A DNA stretch of 64,000 nucleotides from Candidatus Atribacteria bacterium UBA6794 (GCA_002452835.1 DKFO01000072.1:9902-73901), one strand, 5' to 3'; shown: positions 9,418 to 20,734, numbered from the stretch's first letter. Notes: generated by a model from the letters alone, not told the origin. Numbers and translations: made by a program.

Positions 9418-11313
9418 ATGTCTCATTATCAATATGATGTTATTGTTATCGGTGGCGGACATGCCGGTTGTGAGGCAGCACTGGCTGCTGCCCGCCGTGG
9501 TGCCAAAACATTGCTGGTTACCTCCAATGTGGACAACATTGCCCTCTTACCCTGTAATCCTTCTATAGGTGGTCCAGGGAAAGGTCATGTAGCAAGAGAA
9601 ATTGATGCCTTAGGCGGAGAATTAGCCAAAAATACTGACAAGACTACCTTGCATATTCGCATGCTCAACACCAGCAAAGGACCAGCTATGTGGGCCTTAA
9701 GAGCCCAAGTTGATAAAAATAGATACAAAGAGGAAATGATTCATACCATTCAAAATCAACCTAATCTATCTTTAGTTCAAGAAATGGTTGGTCAGTTACT
9801 GATTAGCGATAATAAAATGGAGGGTATAGTCACCCAAAGTGGATTGTCATTTCATTCTCCCACTGTTATTTTAACGGTAGGAACATTTCTAAATGGAATG
9901 ATTTATATTGGAAAAATACGGTATAGTGCCGGGCGAGCTGGAGAGATAGCTTCCCTTGCCCTTGCCAATCAACTAAAAGCATTAGATTTTAAAACGACTC
10001 GCTTTAACACCTGTACCCCTCCTCGCATAGATAGGCGAAGTATCGATTTTTCTGATTTAGCTGAACAACAAAGTGCCAGTGAACCACTTGCCTTCTCCTA
10101 TGAATCGGAAAAGAAAATCTATAATAAATATAAGGTCTACGTTACCAGAACCAATGACCAAACCCAACAGGTAATAGAAAAATATCTAACCCAAGTTCCC
10201 TTAATCAATGGAACAATAGACAGTGCTCCTACCAGATATTGTCCCTCTATTGAGGATAAGGTTATTCGTTTCCCTCAGCATAAGTCCCATCAATTATTTC
10301 TTGAGCCAGAAAGTGAAACCACGGAAGAGATTTACCTGCAGGGTTTTTTTACCAGTCTTCCTCCCTTAGCCCAGCAGGAAGCCTTATCTACTATCAAGGG
10401 CTTGGAAAATTGCCAGATAATACGTTATGGATATGCCATTGAATATGATGTTATTCTTCCCTATCAACTAAAATATTCTTTAGAAACTAAAAAAATCAAG
10501 GGATTATTCTTAGCAGGACAGATAAACGGAACCTCCGGCTATGAAGAGGCCGCTGAACAAGGACTTATTGCTGGAATAAATGCGGTACAGTTTTTAACTC
10601 ATCAAGAACCATTTATTCTTGATCGTTCCCAGGCTTATATTGCGGTAGAGATAGATGACCTGGTGACTAAAAGCGTTACTGAACCGTATCGTTTAAGGAC
10701 TGGTTTAGCCGAATACCGCCTTTTACTACGCCAGGATAATGCTGATTTAAGATTAACCCCTTATGGTTATAAATATGGATTAATCTCCGAAGAAAGATAT
10801 CAAAAATTTCTGGCTAAAAAAGAGGCCATAGAAAGAGAAATAGAGCGGCTTCATCAATTAAAAATATACCCCAATGAGTTTACCAATCAGCAACTGGTTA
10901 GCTTAAATTCATCTCCCATCCAGAAGCCGGTTACTCTGGCAGATTTAATTACCCGTCCCCAATTAAATTATGCTAATACAGCAATCTTAGATTCAAATAG
11001 ACCAAAATTGGAGGCAGAAGTTATCAGTCAGGTCGAGATAGAGCTTAAATACTCTGGTTATATTAAAAGACAGGAAGAAGAAGTAAGAAGATTTAAAAAG
11101 ACTGAAAATTATAAAATACCTGCTGATATTAACTATGATCAGCTGTATGGAATTTCCCACGAAGGGAGGCAAAGGTTTAAGGAAATAAGACCGGTCTCTT
11201 TAGGTCAGGCCAAGAGAATTCCAGGCATAACACCTGCTGATATTACTGCCCTACTAATTAACCTGGAAAAAATAAAAAGAGGTAAAAAAAATAAGAGTAA
11301 ATATACTAATTAA
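9418..11313 (+). CDS. mnmG: tRNA uridine 5-carboxymethylaminomethyl modification enzyme MnmG (GidA)
   Basis: N-terminal FAD motif DVIVIGGGHAGCEAALAAAR. Conserved MnmG blocks (PCNPSIGGPGKGHVAREIDALGG, GLFLAGQINGTSGYEEAAEQGL). 631 aa. Confidence 0.9.
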   Translation: MSHYQYDVIVIGGGHAGCEAALAAARRGAKTLLVTSNVDNIALLPCNPSIGGPGKGHVAREIDALGGELAKNTDKTTLHIRMLNTSKGPAMWALRAQVDKNRYKEEMIHTIQNQPNLSLVQEMVGQLLISDNKMEGIVTQSGLSFHSPTVILTVGTFLNGMIYIGKIRYSAGRAGEIASLALANQLKALDFKTTRFNTCTPPRIDRRSIDFSDLAEQQSASEPLAFSYESEKKIYNKYKVYVTRTNDQTQQVIEKYLTQVPLINGTIDSAPTRYCPSIEDKVIRFPQHKSHQLFLEPESETTEEIYLQGFFTSLPPLAQQEALSTIKGLENCQIIRYGYAIEYDVILPYQLKYSLETKKIKGLFLAGQINGTSGYEEAAEQGLIAGINAVQFLTHQEPFILDRSQAYIAVEIDDLVTKSVTEPYRLRTGLAEYRLLLRQDNADLRLTPYGYKYGLISEERYQKFLAKKEAIEREIERLHQLKIYPNEFTNQQLVSLNSSPIQKPVTLADLITRPQLNYANTAILDSNRPKLEAEVISQVEIELKYSGYIKRQEEEVRRFKKTENYKIPADINYDQLYGISHEGRQRFKEIRPVSLGQAKRIPGITPADITALLINLEKIKRGKKNKSKYTN

Positions 11314-11356
11314 GCTGATGAATTATCTAATTATTATTTCTTAAATGGTCTTTTCA

Positions 11357-12226
11357 CTAAAAAACTTGTTTGCGGGCAGCTTGCAGGGTATTTTGCATAA
11401 GCATCATATTAGTAACCGGACCTACGCCACCTGGAACAGGCGTAATTTTAGCAGCAACCTGAGATACTTCCTCAAAATCAACATCACCAACCAGTTTTCC
11501 CTCAACTTCGTTAGTTCCCACATCTATTACTACGGTGCCCTCTCTAATCATATCTTTCTTAATCAACCTGGCTACCCCGGCTGCCGCTACTACTACATCT
11601 CCTTTCTGGGTGAAAGAAGCAAGATTCTTTGTTCTGGAATGACAGATAGTTACCGTGGCATTGGCCTGAGGCTGTTTTAAGAGTAAAATGAGTGCTAGTG
11701 GTTTTCCTACCACACTACTTCTCCCTACAATGACCACATGTTTGCCTTCTACCTCAATCTTTTCCCTCTTTAATATCTCAAAAACAGCATTAGGGGTACA
11801 AGGTAAAAAATCAGGATTCCCCATAGCTAATTTACCCATGTTAATGGGGTTAAAACAATCTACATCCTTGACGGGAGATAATGCTTCCCTGATTTTGTCT
11901 TCCTTAATATGATCAGGTAAGGGAGTTTGGACTATTATCCCATGAACTGCCTCATTTTGGTTCAACTCTTGTAATAGGGCTAACAATTTATCTTCAGTAG
12001 TTTCGGTAGCAAGAGAATGCTTCCCAAACTCAATATTGACCTTCTGGCAATTTTTCTCAATCATACGCACATAAAACAAGGAAGCTGGATCTTCCCCTAA
12101 AATAATCACCGAAAGTCTGGGTTTTACCCCCGTTTTCTGAAAGAATTGAATTGATGCTAACTTTAACTCATTTTCTAAAGCATCGGCAATAGTCTTTCCC
12201 TTAATGATATTACTTTCTTGATTCAT
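11357..12226 (-). CDS. folD: bifunctional 5,10-methylene-tetrahydrofolate dehydrogenase/cyclohydrolase
   Basis: Conserved FolD blocks (GIIVQTPLP, VVIVGRSSVVGKP, PVPGGVGPVTNMML). 289 aa. Confidence 0.9.
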   Translation of the reverse strand: MNQESNIIKGKTIADALENELKLASIQFFQKTGVKPRLSVIILGEDPASLFYVRMIEKNCQKVNIEFGKHSLATETTEDKLLALLQELNQNEAVHGIIVQTPLPDHIKEDKIREALSPVKDVDCFNPINMGKLAMGNPDFLPCTPNAVFEILKREKIEVEGKHVVIVGRSSVVGKPLALILLLKQPQANATVTICHSRTKNLASFTQKGDVVVAAAGVARLIKKDMIREGTVVIDVGTNEVEGKLVGDVDFEEVSQVAAKITPVPGGVGPVTNMMLMQNTLQAARKQVF

Positions 12227-12438
12227 TACCTAATCTCCTGTTTTCTATATTCATTTTTACATTATTCTTTTTACAGCCATATTTGGCTATCCGAATGATA
12301 GAGATGAGCTGATGTCTTACTTATAGAAATATTTAATATATTTAATATATTGACACCACTTTATTCGGCCATGAGTAAAAAACTGTTTTTAACAGATTAA
12401 TATAGATGCCTTGGATACTGAGTATATGAATTAGTTTA

Positions 12439-14397
12439 TTATGGTAAGTAATTTAACGGATTAACCGGCTTACCTTTTTCCCTAATTTCAAAATGGAGAT
12501 GAGAACCAGTAGCATTACCGGTAGCACCCACTCGAGCAATAATATCTCCCTTGTTTACAGTTTGCCCTACTTTTACTAAATTAGCTGAATTATGAGCATA
12601 TACAGTAGAATAACCATCTCGATGGTCAATGATTATAGTATAACCATAGCCATTAATATAACCGTTAAAGCTTACCTTACCACTTTCCGCGGCTCTGATA
12701 GAAGCACCGCTATTAGCATCAATATCCAGGCCAGTATGATAATCACGTCTTCCACCTAAAGTTCTTACTCCAAAGTGAGAAGTAATTAATCCTTTTAGTG
12801 GCCAGATAAAAGAAAGAGAAGAAGATGGGGAATAATTTCGGGCGTTGGGTATGACTAATTTTTGCCCTACATAAATTCTGCTGGTTTCCGAAATACGATT
12901 AGCACTGGTAATAGACTGCAAACTAACCTGATATTTTCTGGAAATTTCCCAGAGAGTCTCACCTTTTTGGACATAATGGACCACATCTTTAGTCTGAACT
13001 TCCTCTTTTGCTACACTTGATTTGCCTGCCACCTGCTCAGTAGCTAAAGCAGTAACCGGGATATTCAATTTTTGACCAATAGCAAGTTGAGTAATATTTT
13101 CCAGCTGATTTATATTAATAATTTCATGCATTCTGACCCCAAATTTTTGGGCAATATTCCAGAGTGTATCACCCTTAACCACAGTATATTCAACAGTTTT
13201 TGTTTTTACATTATTTCCCCCCATAGCCGGTATTTCCAATTTCTGTCCCACTGATAGGATATCTTTATTGGTCAAATAATTAACAGCCACTATGCCTTCC
13301 ATTGATACCCCATATTGTTGGGCAATAGTCCATAAGGTATCCCCTGGCTTAACAGTATAATAAACCGGCTCTTGTTCTACTTGGGGGGAGTCTGGTTCTA
13401 TACTGGACTTGTTCTGTTCTGCCACTTCCATAGGAACTATTTCCGTTGCAGATTGTTCACTAACCTTTATTTTTAATCTTTGCCCAGGATAAACATAATC
13501 TTTGGGGGAGATTTGATTAAGTTGACAGATAGTCTCCATTGGAATACGGTATTTCTGAGCAATAAGGGAAATACTCTCTCCATATTCCACAATATGTTCC
13601 ACCCAGTTGTCCTCAGATTCTTTCTCAGTATTTTCTATCTGTTTGGACTTATCATCTGTTTGTTTGGTTCCCAGAGGAATCTTAATAATTTGGCCAATTG
13701 ATAACTTCTCCGTATTTTCTAACTCATTCACCTGGGATAGTTCTTTCAGAGAAACCTGATAATGCTGAGCAATAGTCCATAAATTTTCACCTGGCTTTAC
13801 CTCATAACTGATCTCCTTAACCGATTCCTGGAACTCTTCATTTATGCTACTGGTTATCTCCTTTAAATTAGTTCTCTCACTTTCGAAAGAAAGATCTACT
13901 GGTTTTGAATCATTATCTTTAGCTATATCCTCTTTACTATTACTTATAGGAACCTTAATCTGCTGACCAATATATAAAGAATCAGGTTTTGCTAATTCAT
14001 TTACCCGAGAAAGCTCATCTAATGATAGGCGATACTGTTGGGCAATATCCCAAAGACTTTCTCCCTTTTGAACAGTATGAATAACGGTAGAGACTGACTC
14101 ACTTTGATGGGAATCTTTAGTTTCATTTTGGGGAATTTTTATTAATAGACCGGGTAGTAATAGCTCTTTTTCATCTATATTATTTGCTTCGGTAACTTCT
14201 TGAATGGACAACTGAAATTGCCTGGCAATTGACCATAGACAATCACCCTCTTTTATCTCATACTCTATATATTCCTGGGCTAACACAATTACCGGACAAT
14301 TTACCAATAAAAGTGTGAGTAAGACGAGCAAGAAAGTTACTCTTAGCCAGGCTTTGTAGATAAAAGCATGATTTGGCTCATCACTCATTATTAACAC
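12439..14397 (-). CDS. multi-LysM-domain M23 family peptidase (cell wall hydrolase)
   Basis: N-terminal signal/TM. At least six LysM repeats (Y.V..GDTLW.IA..Y). C-terminal M23 motifs HTGLDI and GSHLHFE. Confidence 0.85.
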   Translation of the reverse strand: MLIMSDEPNHAFIYKAWLRVTFLLVLLTLLLVNCPVIVLAQEYIEYEIKEGDCLWSIARQFQLSIQEVTEANNIDEKELLLPGLLIKIPQNETKDSHQSESVSTVIHTVQKGESLWDIAQQYRLSLDELSRVNELAKPDSLYIGQQIKVPISNSKEDIAKDNDSKPVDLSFESERTNLKEITSSINEEFQESVKEISYEVKPGENLWTIAQHYQVSLKELSQVNELENTEKLSIGQIIKIPLGTKQTDDKSKQIENTEKESEDNWVEHIVEYGESISLIAQKYRIPMETICQLNQISPKDYVYPGQRLKIKVSEQSATEIVPMEVAEQNKSSIEPDSPQVEQEPVYYTVKPGDTLWTIAQQYGVSMEGIVAVNYLTNKDILSVGQKLEIPAMGGNNVKTKTVEYTVVKGDTLWNIAQKFGVRMHEIININQLENITQLAIGQKLNIPVTALATEQVAGKSSVAKEEVQTKDVVHYVQKGETLWEISRKYQVSLQSITSANRISETSRIYVGQKLVIPNARNYSPSSSLSFIWPLKGLITSHFGVRTLGGRRDYHTGLDIDANSGASIRAAESGKVSFNGYINGYGYTIIIDHRDGYSTVYAHNSANLVKVGQTVNKGDIIARVGATGNATGSHLHFEIREKGKPVNPLNYLP

Positions 14398-14735
14398 CTA
14401 TAAATTTTATTTATTTTCTAGGAGTATCACCAGCTGGGCTAATATTTCTTATAGAAGTAGAAAAAAAATCTAGCTATAAATAATATAATATATATTTATA
14501 ATTCTTTCTAATACTAATAGCTAATAGGCGGTTTTTGATAGTTTATAATGGTATAATTTTATTCTGGCATAATTTTTTAATATCGCAGTCCTGATAAATT
14601 CTGATACTATAAAATTACCAATAATGATTTATTGTTTTTTCCATTATATTACATCTTATAAAAAAATTGCAAGAAATTTTCTAAAAAAATTATTTACTTA
14701 TATATGTGTCATTGTCCATAATTACAAATTGCAAG

Positions 14736-14815
14736 ATATTCAGGGGAGGTATCCCCTGAAACCCCTCAATTATCAGTATTGAGTATTTAGTATTTAGTTT
14801 AAATGATAGTTAATA
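14736..14815. repeat. partial copy (A) of a composite interspersed repeat: palindrome ttcaggggaggtatcccctgaa + acccctcaattat + AGTAT-iterated segment
   Basis: Near-identical over ~80 bp to 22462-22545 and 60014-60097. Confidence 0.6.
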
Positions 14816-14892
14816 AATAATTTGTACTATTAAGGTACTATTAATTATTAAGTCTCTTTTGTTTATTATTTCTATGCTTTATATTATTTATA

Positions 14893-15066
14893 TTATTTAT
14901 TACGAAGTTGCTGCTCTAAAAAGGCATCAATTGCCTCTTTTTTAAAACGCCAAATTCTACCAATCTTTATAGCTGGTATCTTTTCTTCTCTAGCCCATTG
15001 ATAGATAGTTAGTGGTTTAACTTGGAGATATTCTGCAACTTGTTTTGCGGTCAGGTATTCTTCCAT
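14893..15066 (-). CDS. small helix-turn-helix DNA-binding protein, excisionase/MerR-like family (57 aa); not in the supplied ORF track
   Basis: Manual translation: MEEYLTAKQVAEYLQVKPLTIYQWAREEKIPAIKIGRIWRFKKEAIDAFLEQQLRNK. AGGAGG is 7 nt upstream of the ATG (rc of ttttcctcct at 15067-15076). No adjacent integrase. Confidence 0.6.
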   Translation of the reverse strand: MEEYLTAKQVAEYLQVKPLTIYQWAREEKIPAIKIGRIWRFKKEAIDAFLEQQLRNK

Positions 15067-15241
15067 TATTTTTTCCTCCTTTTAATATAATGTTCAATTA
15101 GAATTAGAAAACCAATTTATCAGAAACTCTTCTTTTCTGGAATAGTTTATTCACTTGAAAAGTCCTTTAAAAACATTTTATTGTTTTTTTATAGTATTGT
15201 CAATTTTCTGGTCTATCTTTTTATCTTTAAATATAATTCAG

Positions 15242-17536
15242 TTAATTTTTATAGATTATTTGATATATGAGATAAGAACGCATAACCTTTTTAATATGTT
15301 CAGAAGTTTCTGCATAGGGAATATTCTCAACAAAGATATCAAGGTCCTTAATATCCATATTTTCTAACCATCGATCGGTAATCCCGGGTCCAGCATTATA
15401 TCCAGAAACAATAAGATAAGTATTTTTATCAAATCTTTCCTGTAAGTACTGTAAATACCAACCGCCAAATTTGATATTAACCTCTGGATTAAAAAGTAAA
15501 TCATATTCAAATTCCTGGTAATTAAGCTTTTGGGCAATCCAATCACCGGTGGAGAACATAATCTGCATCAATCCTCTTGCACCAGCTTTTGATTCACTAT
15601 AGGGATTAAAGTGACTTTCCTCTCTGATAGTAGCCCAGATGAGATAAGGATCCAGATAGTAGTGAGCAGCTATTTTTTTCACCAGAGAATAATAGTAAGT
15701 AGGAAAGGTATATTCCCAAATCACCAGAGGTATTTGTTCTTTATTATTAATTAAAAAATAATTAAACAATATCTGGGCATGGGAGAGGGAGCGGTAATAT
15801 TCTTCAGCTTCTGCATATGCTTTAGTAAGTAAAAACTGTAAATAGATATTATTAGGTCCCGGTTTAAGGGCATAACTTATCTCCAAAATTGATTCTTGAT
15901 AGAGTCCTACAATGAGCAATAGTTCAGCCTTATAGGAGGACAATTGAGCAACCCTATCTTTGGGAAAATAATCTTTTTTTAATTCCTCCTGGGAAATTTT
16001 TTTGCTTTGGGCAACAATACTTTCTAAATCATAATACGACTTTCTTATCTCAACAGGAATACGAAAGGAATAGTAACTGTCTGGATATTGTTTTATCAGT
16101 CTTTCATACCATGCTACTCCTTTATTTTCATCTAAGGGATATAATAATTTACCCATCCAATATATTGCATCATCAACTCTTTCACTCTGGGGGAAATATT
16201 CATAAATAAATTGATAATATGCCAGCGCTTCTTTTATTAAATTCTTATCAGTATAATAACGAGCTAATAGCCAGGCCGCTTCCTGGGCTGGTGCTGATTG
16301 AGGATATTCAGAAAGCAATTGATTTAGTATCTTAATTCCCTCTTCTTCCTTATTTTGTAAAAACTCTATTTCTGATAAACGTAAAAAGGAAGCTTGAGCA
16401 AAATAACTTTCTGGATATTGTTCAATTATCTGATCATATTTCATGCCAGCCAGATTACGATTCCCGGTAGATAGTAAGGCACCGGCATAGAGATATAAAG
16501 TCCTCACTATGATTTCTTCCTGAACAAAATTTTCTAAGATATAAAGACACTGGTCAATTGCCCTTTCGTATTCGCCTTGATAATAAATAGCTCTGGCTTT
16601 TTGGTAATTCACCTGCGCTAAGTCAACCTGATGAGCATATTTAGCTATTATTTCCTCATAAAACAGTTCTGCTGCTTTGTAATGACCATAGTTAAATAAA
16701 ATTTCGGCGCAAAATAAGGACAAATCGGGCGGCATCTCAAGACCTTTTTTGTCTTTAGCTATTTGAAATCTACTTACCAATAAATTTTCCAGCATTGAGA
16801 TTCGCTCTCGCTCATAACGGTTTTCAATTAACTCCTTTAGAAGAAGCAAAGAGTCAAGAAATTGTCCTTCTTCCCACAAAACATCACTCATTTTAGAGAG
16901 AGCTTTTGCTTTTAATTTTTCTTCCTGGGAAATTTCTACTACCAAACGACCCTCCCTCAAAAATTGCTCCCATTGATTATTATTTAGATAGAGTAAGGCC
17001 AGTTGGTAGTGAACTAAGGGGATTATTGCACTTTCTGGATATTCTTCTATGAGTTTTTGAAATGATTGTTGGGCATTACTGGTGTCTTTACTATTTAAAT
17101 AACAATTCCCTAACAAATAAATAGCATACTCCTGCAGCAAAGGCACTTCAGTAATAAGGTCTTGGTAGACTCTAAGAGCAGAATCCCATCGTTGCAGTTT
17201 CTCAAAACATTGTCCTTTTAATAATTGGCTCTTTAGGTAAAGGGGAAGATATAAATTACTGTATTCAATTTTTTCTAATTCCCCTATAGCCTGAGCAAAG
17301 TGCCCGTTTTCAAAATAGGAAAGTGCATTATTAAAATAAGCATTCTGAGCCGGGAAACTATCTTCTTGCTCTAATAGATAGGAAAGCTGAAATATTTTTA
17401 GCTGTTTTTCGCTCCTATCATCCCAGGATTGGGCATAGACACAAGAAGTTACTGTTACCAGAATTAAAAAAATAATCAGCAAGGATAATATTAATAGTTT
17501 TAACTCAATTCTGGAAGATAAACTATCTTTAAGCAT
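15242..17536 (-). CDS. TPR-repeat protein with C-terminal soluble lytic transglycosylase (SLT) domain
   Basis: N-terminal TM/signal and long TPR-like repeat region. C-terminal SLT catalytic block ESHFNPYSESKAGARGLMQI ... SGYNAGPG. Confidence 0.8.
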   Translation of the reverse strand: MLKDSLSSRIELKLLILSLLIIFLILVTVTSCVYAQSWDDRSEKQLKIFQLSYLLEQEDSFPAQNAYFNNALSYFENGHFAQAIGELEKIEYSNLYLPLYLKSQLLKGQCFEKLQRWDSALRVYQDLITEVPLLQEYAIYLLGNCYLNSKDTSNAQQSFQKLIEEYPESAIIPLVHYQLALLYLNNNQWEQFLREGRLVVEISQEEKLKAKALSKMSDVLWEEGQFLDSLLLLKELIENRYERERISMLENLLVSRFQIAKDKKGLEMPPDLSLFCAEILFNYGHYKAAELFYEEIIAKYAHQVDLAQVNYQKARAIYYQGEYERAIDQCLYILENFVQEEIIVRTLYLYAGALLSTGNRNLAGMKYDQIIEQYPESYFAQASFLRLSEIEFLQNKEEEGIKILNQLLSEYPQSAPAQEAAWLLARYYTDKNLIKEALAYYQFIYEYFPQSERVDDAIYWMGKLLYPLDENKGVAWYERLIKQYPDSYYSFRIPVEIRKSYYDLESIVAQSKKISQEELKKDYFPKDRVAQLSSYKAELLLIVGLYQESILEISYALKPGPNNIYLQFLLTKAYAEAEEYYRSLSHAQILFNYFLINNKEQIPLVIWEYTFPTYYYSLVKKIAAHYYLDPYLIWATIREESHFNPYSESKAGARGLMQIMFSTGDWIAQKLNYQEFEYDLLFNPEVNIKFGGWYLQYLQERFDKNTYLIVSGYNAGPGITDRWLENMDIKDLDIFVENIPYAETSEHIKKVMRSYLIYQIIYKN

Positions 17537-17580
17537 AACTCTATTTTATTATTATTTTATAGTATTTGCAAAATCCCGAC

Positions 17581-18606
17581 CTAATTTTCTTTTTGAAATC
17601 TCTCCAGCAATGTTAAAACATAGTCCATCTCTTGCTGGTTACTGATAGTAAAACGGATATAATGCTCATCAAGACCAGAAAACTCTTCTCCCCAGGCTGC
17701 AAAGGTGTAGACACCCTCTTTTCTTAAATATTGCCATACTTTTTTAGTATTTTCCAGACTAACAAAATCAGCCAGCACAAAATTAGCTCGAGAAGAAAAC
17801 ACCATAATGCCCATCTGCTGTAAGCCATTGATAAATTGGTCTCTTACTCTTGCTATTTCTTCCCATATTCCCTGGAAATAAGCTAAATACTTTAATACCT
17901 TAATGCCTGCCATTTCCGCCATTTTATTTACTCTAAAATGCTGGCAATAATAAGCTATCTTAGCTATGTTCCTTGTTGAGGAAACGGCAAACCCTAATCT
18001 AAAACCTGCTAAGCCAAAATTTTTGGAAAAACTACGAGAGATAACCAGATTAGGATATTCTTGTATTAAATCTACTACCGATTCACCCAGATACTCATAG
18101 TTACACTCATCAACTGCCACTATAGCAGAACCAGAGGTGATGGCTAATATTTTTTTAATCTCATCTCTGGCAATAGAACTACCAGTAGGATTATTGGGGT
18201 TACAAATCCAGATAAGGCTTGCCTTTTTTAAATCCTGCTCACTGTAATTCAATTGATAATGATAATCCTGTAAACAGGGAACCAATTGATGGTGGAATCC
18301 ATTACGTTTGGCACTAACTTCATACTGAGAAAAGGTAGGGACAGGAATGAGAATTAATTGACTGCCAAATGCTCTGGTAACTGATTCAATTACCTCATCC
18401 GAACCATTGGTAGGCAGGATACTCTCTGGAGTAACCCCTACGTACTCTGCTAATTTATTAGAAAGAGCTCGGTAATAACCTCCACTGGGATATTCATTCA
18501 TAAAGTGCAGTTCTTCGGATAACTCCTTTAAGAACTCCGGAGGTAAAGGATATTTTAAACAGGAATGCTCTAAATGAATTGATTTGTTAATCTTATCTTT
18601 TCTCAT
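17581..18606 (-). CDS. class I/II PLP-dependent aminotransferase, HisC (histidinol-phosphate/aromatic) family
   Basis: ICNPNNPTGS and SFSKNFGLAGFRLGF (PLP-lysine context). 341 aa. Overlaps the preceding ABC permease stop. Confidence 0.75.
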   Translation of the reverse strand: MRKDKINKSIHLEHSCLKYPLPPEFLKELSEELHFMNEYPSGGYYRALSNKLAEYVGVTPESILPTNGSDEVIESVTRAFGSQLILIPVPTFSQYEVSAKRNGFHHQLVPCLQDYHYQLNYSEQDLKKASLIWICNPNNPTGSSIARDEIKKILAITSGSAIVAVDECNYEYLGESVVDLIQEYPNLVISRSFSKNFGLAGFRLGFAVSSTRNIAKIAYYCQHFRVNKMAEMAGIKVLKYLAYFQGIWEEIARVRDQFINGLQQMGIMVFSSRANFVLADFVSLENTKKVWQYLRKEGVYTFAAWGEEFSGLDEHYIRFTISNQQEMDYVLTLLERFQKEN

Positions 18607-19277
18607 TATTTTTTATTCTCCCATCCTGGAAAAGCTAATCTATCTTCCAGTATATTTAAAAGTTTGCTTACCAAGGAAACCAGGGCTAAATAAATTACTC
18701 CAATTACTAAAAAAACTTCTGTATAGGCAAAATATCGGGAAGCAACAATTTTCCCTGCTCCGGTTAATTCAATACAGGTCACCATAAAAGCCAGGGAAGA
18801 ATATTTTATCAGGTAGATAATCTCATTAGAACAACCGGGAATTGCCCTACGCAGAGCCTGTGGTAAGACGATATTTAAAACAGCACTTATTTTACTCATT
18901 CCCAGAGCTTGAGCCGCCAGTATCTGTCCACTCTTTACTGACTGAATGGCTCCTCGAATATATTCGGCATGATAGGCACTGCTGCAGAGGATAAATCCGA
19001 TAACTGAAGCCACAAAAGGTGATAAATAAATCCCTAAGGAGGGAAGCCCATAATAGAGGATAAATAGTTGAATTAAAAGTGGGGTTCCTCTGAAAAACAC
19101 AATATAAGCTTTACAGAAAAAGGATACTATAATATTTCCATACACTCGACCCACTGCTATTACAATACCAACTACTAACCCTATTGGGATTGACCAGCAG
19201 ACTAATTTTATGGTCATCAAAAATCCTTCCTGTAGGGCAGGAAACAATATTTCCAGAAAGAATTGCCAGTTAATCAT
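18606..19277 (-). CDS. polar amino acid ABC transporter permease
   Basis: Multi-TM protein with the His/Glu/Gln/Arg/opine permease signature region; in an operon with the ATPase and SBP. Confidence 0.85.
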   Translation of the reverse strand: MINWQFFLEILFPALQEGFLMTIKLVCWSIPIGLVVGIVIAVGRVYGNIIVSFFCKAYIVFFRGTPLLIQLFILYYGLPSLGIYLSPFVASVIGFILCSSAYHAEYIRGAIQSVKSGQILAAQALGMSKISAVLNIVLPQALRRAIPGCSNEIIYLIKYSSLAFMVTCIELTGAGKIVASRYFAYTEVFLVIGVIYLALVSLVSKLLNILEDRLAFPGWENKK

Positions 19278-20056
19278 CGTTTATGATACCCTTTTATATC
19301 CCCATATAATTCAGTTAATTTGAACAAAAATTTCCTGGTTCGTTCATATTCAGGTTGATAAAACAACTTTTCTGGTGGGCCACTTTCCAAGATTCTTCCC
19401 CTTTCTAGAAAAATAATTTCATCAGCTACCGAACGAGCAAAACCCATCTCATGGGTTACCACCACCATAGTCATACCTTCTTGAGCCAATTTCTGCATAA
19501 CACCCAGGACCTCACCAATTAATTCTGGATCGAGTGCTGAGGTTGGCTCATCGAAAAGCATTACTTCAGGGTCCATAGCCAAAGCCCTGGCGATAGAAAC
19601 ACGCTGTTTTTGTCCCCCTGATAACTCTGCCGGGTATAAAAAAGCCTGTTTTACTAAACCTACTTTTTGCAACTCTGACATAGCTTTATCTCGGGCTTCC
19701 TGTTTTTTCATTCCTTTCACCTTAATTAAGGCAATCTCTACATTACTTACTGCATTGAGATGGTCAAATAAATTAAAATCTTGAAAAACCATGCCAATTT
19801 TTTGACGAAATTGATTAATCTGCCGGGCATTATGATGATTTACCTCCTGGCCTCTTAACCAGATAGTCCCTTTATCGGGAATAGTTAATTGATTGATGCA
19901 CCTCAAAAGGGTACTTTTACCCATCCCTGAGGGTCCGATAATTACTTTTGTTTCTCCCTTATGTACCTCAAAGGAAATTCCCTTTAAAACCTCTTTATCC
20001 CCAAATGATTTATGAATATCTTTAACTTGTAAGATTAATTCTTTGTTTTTTGGCAT
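19274..20056 (-). CDS. amino acid ABC transporter ATP-binding protein
   Basis: Walker [13 protein letters not shown] signature [15 protein letters not shown]. Walker [12 protein letters not shown]. Confidence 0.9.
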   Translation of the reverse strand: MPKNKELILQVKDIHKSFGDKEVLKGISFEVHKGETKVIIGPSGMGKSTLLRCINQLTIPDKGTIWLRGQEVNHHNARQINQFRQKIGMVFQDFNLFDHLNAVSNVEIALIKVKGMKKQEARDKAMSELQKVGLVKQAFLYPAELSGGQKQRVSIARALAMDPEVMLFDEPTSALDPELIGEVLGVMQKLAQEGMTMVVVTHEMGFARSVADEIIFLERGRILESGPPEKLFYQPEYERTRKFLFKLTELYGDIKGYHKR

Positions 20057-20068
20057 TTTCTGTTCCTT

Positions 20069-20734
20069 TTATTTTTCAAATCCTGGCATCCTGACTTTTT
20101 CTTCTAAGAGATGTAATAGTTTCATTCCTGAATAAGATAATAGGAGAAAAATAATGGCACAGGTCAGGTAAATAGGCATAGGAAGGTAAGTTCGGGAGGC
20201 AATAAAATTACCTCTGGTAAGTATTTCCATTACCCCTATAGCGTAGGTTATGGCTGACTCGGTAAGCATAGCTGGATATTCATTAGACCAACCTGGGATA
20301 GAAATTCGCAAGGCCTGGGGCAAAATAATATTCCAGATAGCCTTCCCTTTGCTCATACCCAGAGAATAGGCAGCCATTAGTTGTCCCTTTCCTAGAGACT
20401 GGATACTTCCTCTAAAAATCTGGGACTGATAGGCAGAACTACGCAAACCTAATACCAGTACAGCAGCCATAAAAGCAGTTAAATTTAAACCAATCATAGT
20501 AAATAAACCATAATAGAAGAGAAATAACAATACCAGTATTGGTAATCCTCGAAAAAACCAGACATAAATAGCAATAATTTTTTTTATCCAGGAAGAAGCA
20601 AAGACCTGTCCTATAGCCAGGGGTACCCCGATAATAAAACCCAAAAATAGTGCACTTAGCACCAAGCCTAAGGTCGTGATAATTCCCTGCAATAAGAAAG
20701 GTAGTGCTTCATAAACTACCATTAAATTTTCCAT
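20069..20734 (-). CDS. polar amino acid ABC transporter permease
   Basis: Paralogous to 18606-19277; multi-TM. Confidence 0.85.
   Translation of the reverse strand: MENLMVVYEALPFLLQGIITTLGLVLSALFLGFIIGVPLAIGQVFASSWIKKIIAIYVWFFRGLPILVLLFLFYYGLFTMIGLNLTAFMAAVLVLGLRSSAYQSQIFRGSIQSLGKGQLMAAYSLGMSKGKAIWNIILPQALRISIPGWSNEYPAMLTESAITYAIGVMEILTRGNFIASRTYLPMPIYLTCAIIFLLLSYSGMKLLHLLEEKVRMPGFEK

Noticed and set aside
12366-12385. Weak hairpin ctgttaaaaacag plus T6 downstream of the LysM/M23 gene as a terminator
   Set aside because: The stem is only 5 bp and AT-rich, giving marginal stability. It is plausible but not supportable as a confident call.
15155-15546. Small ORFs at 15155-15367 (+) and 15364-15546 (-) at the 3' end of the TPR-SLT gene
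   Set aside because: They overlap the end of the SLT gene or lie in an AT-rich spacer, are low-complexity hydrophobic, and lack an RBS. The real small gene in this spacer is the HTH ORF at 14893-15066.
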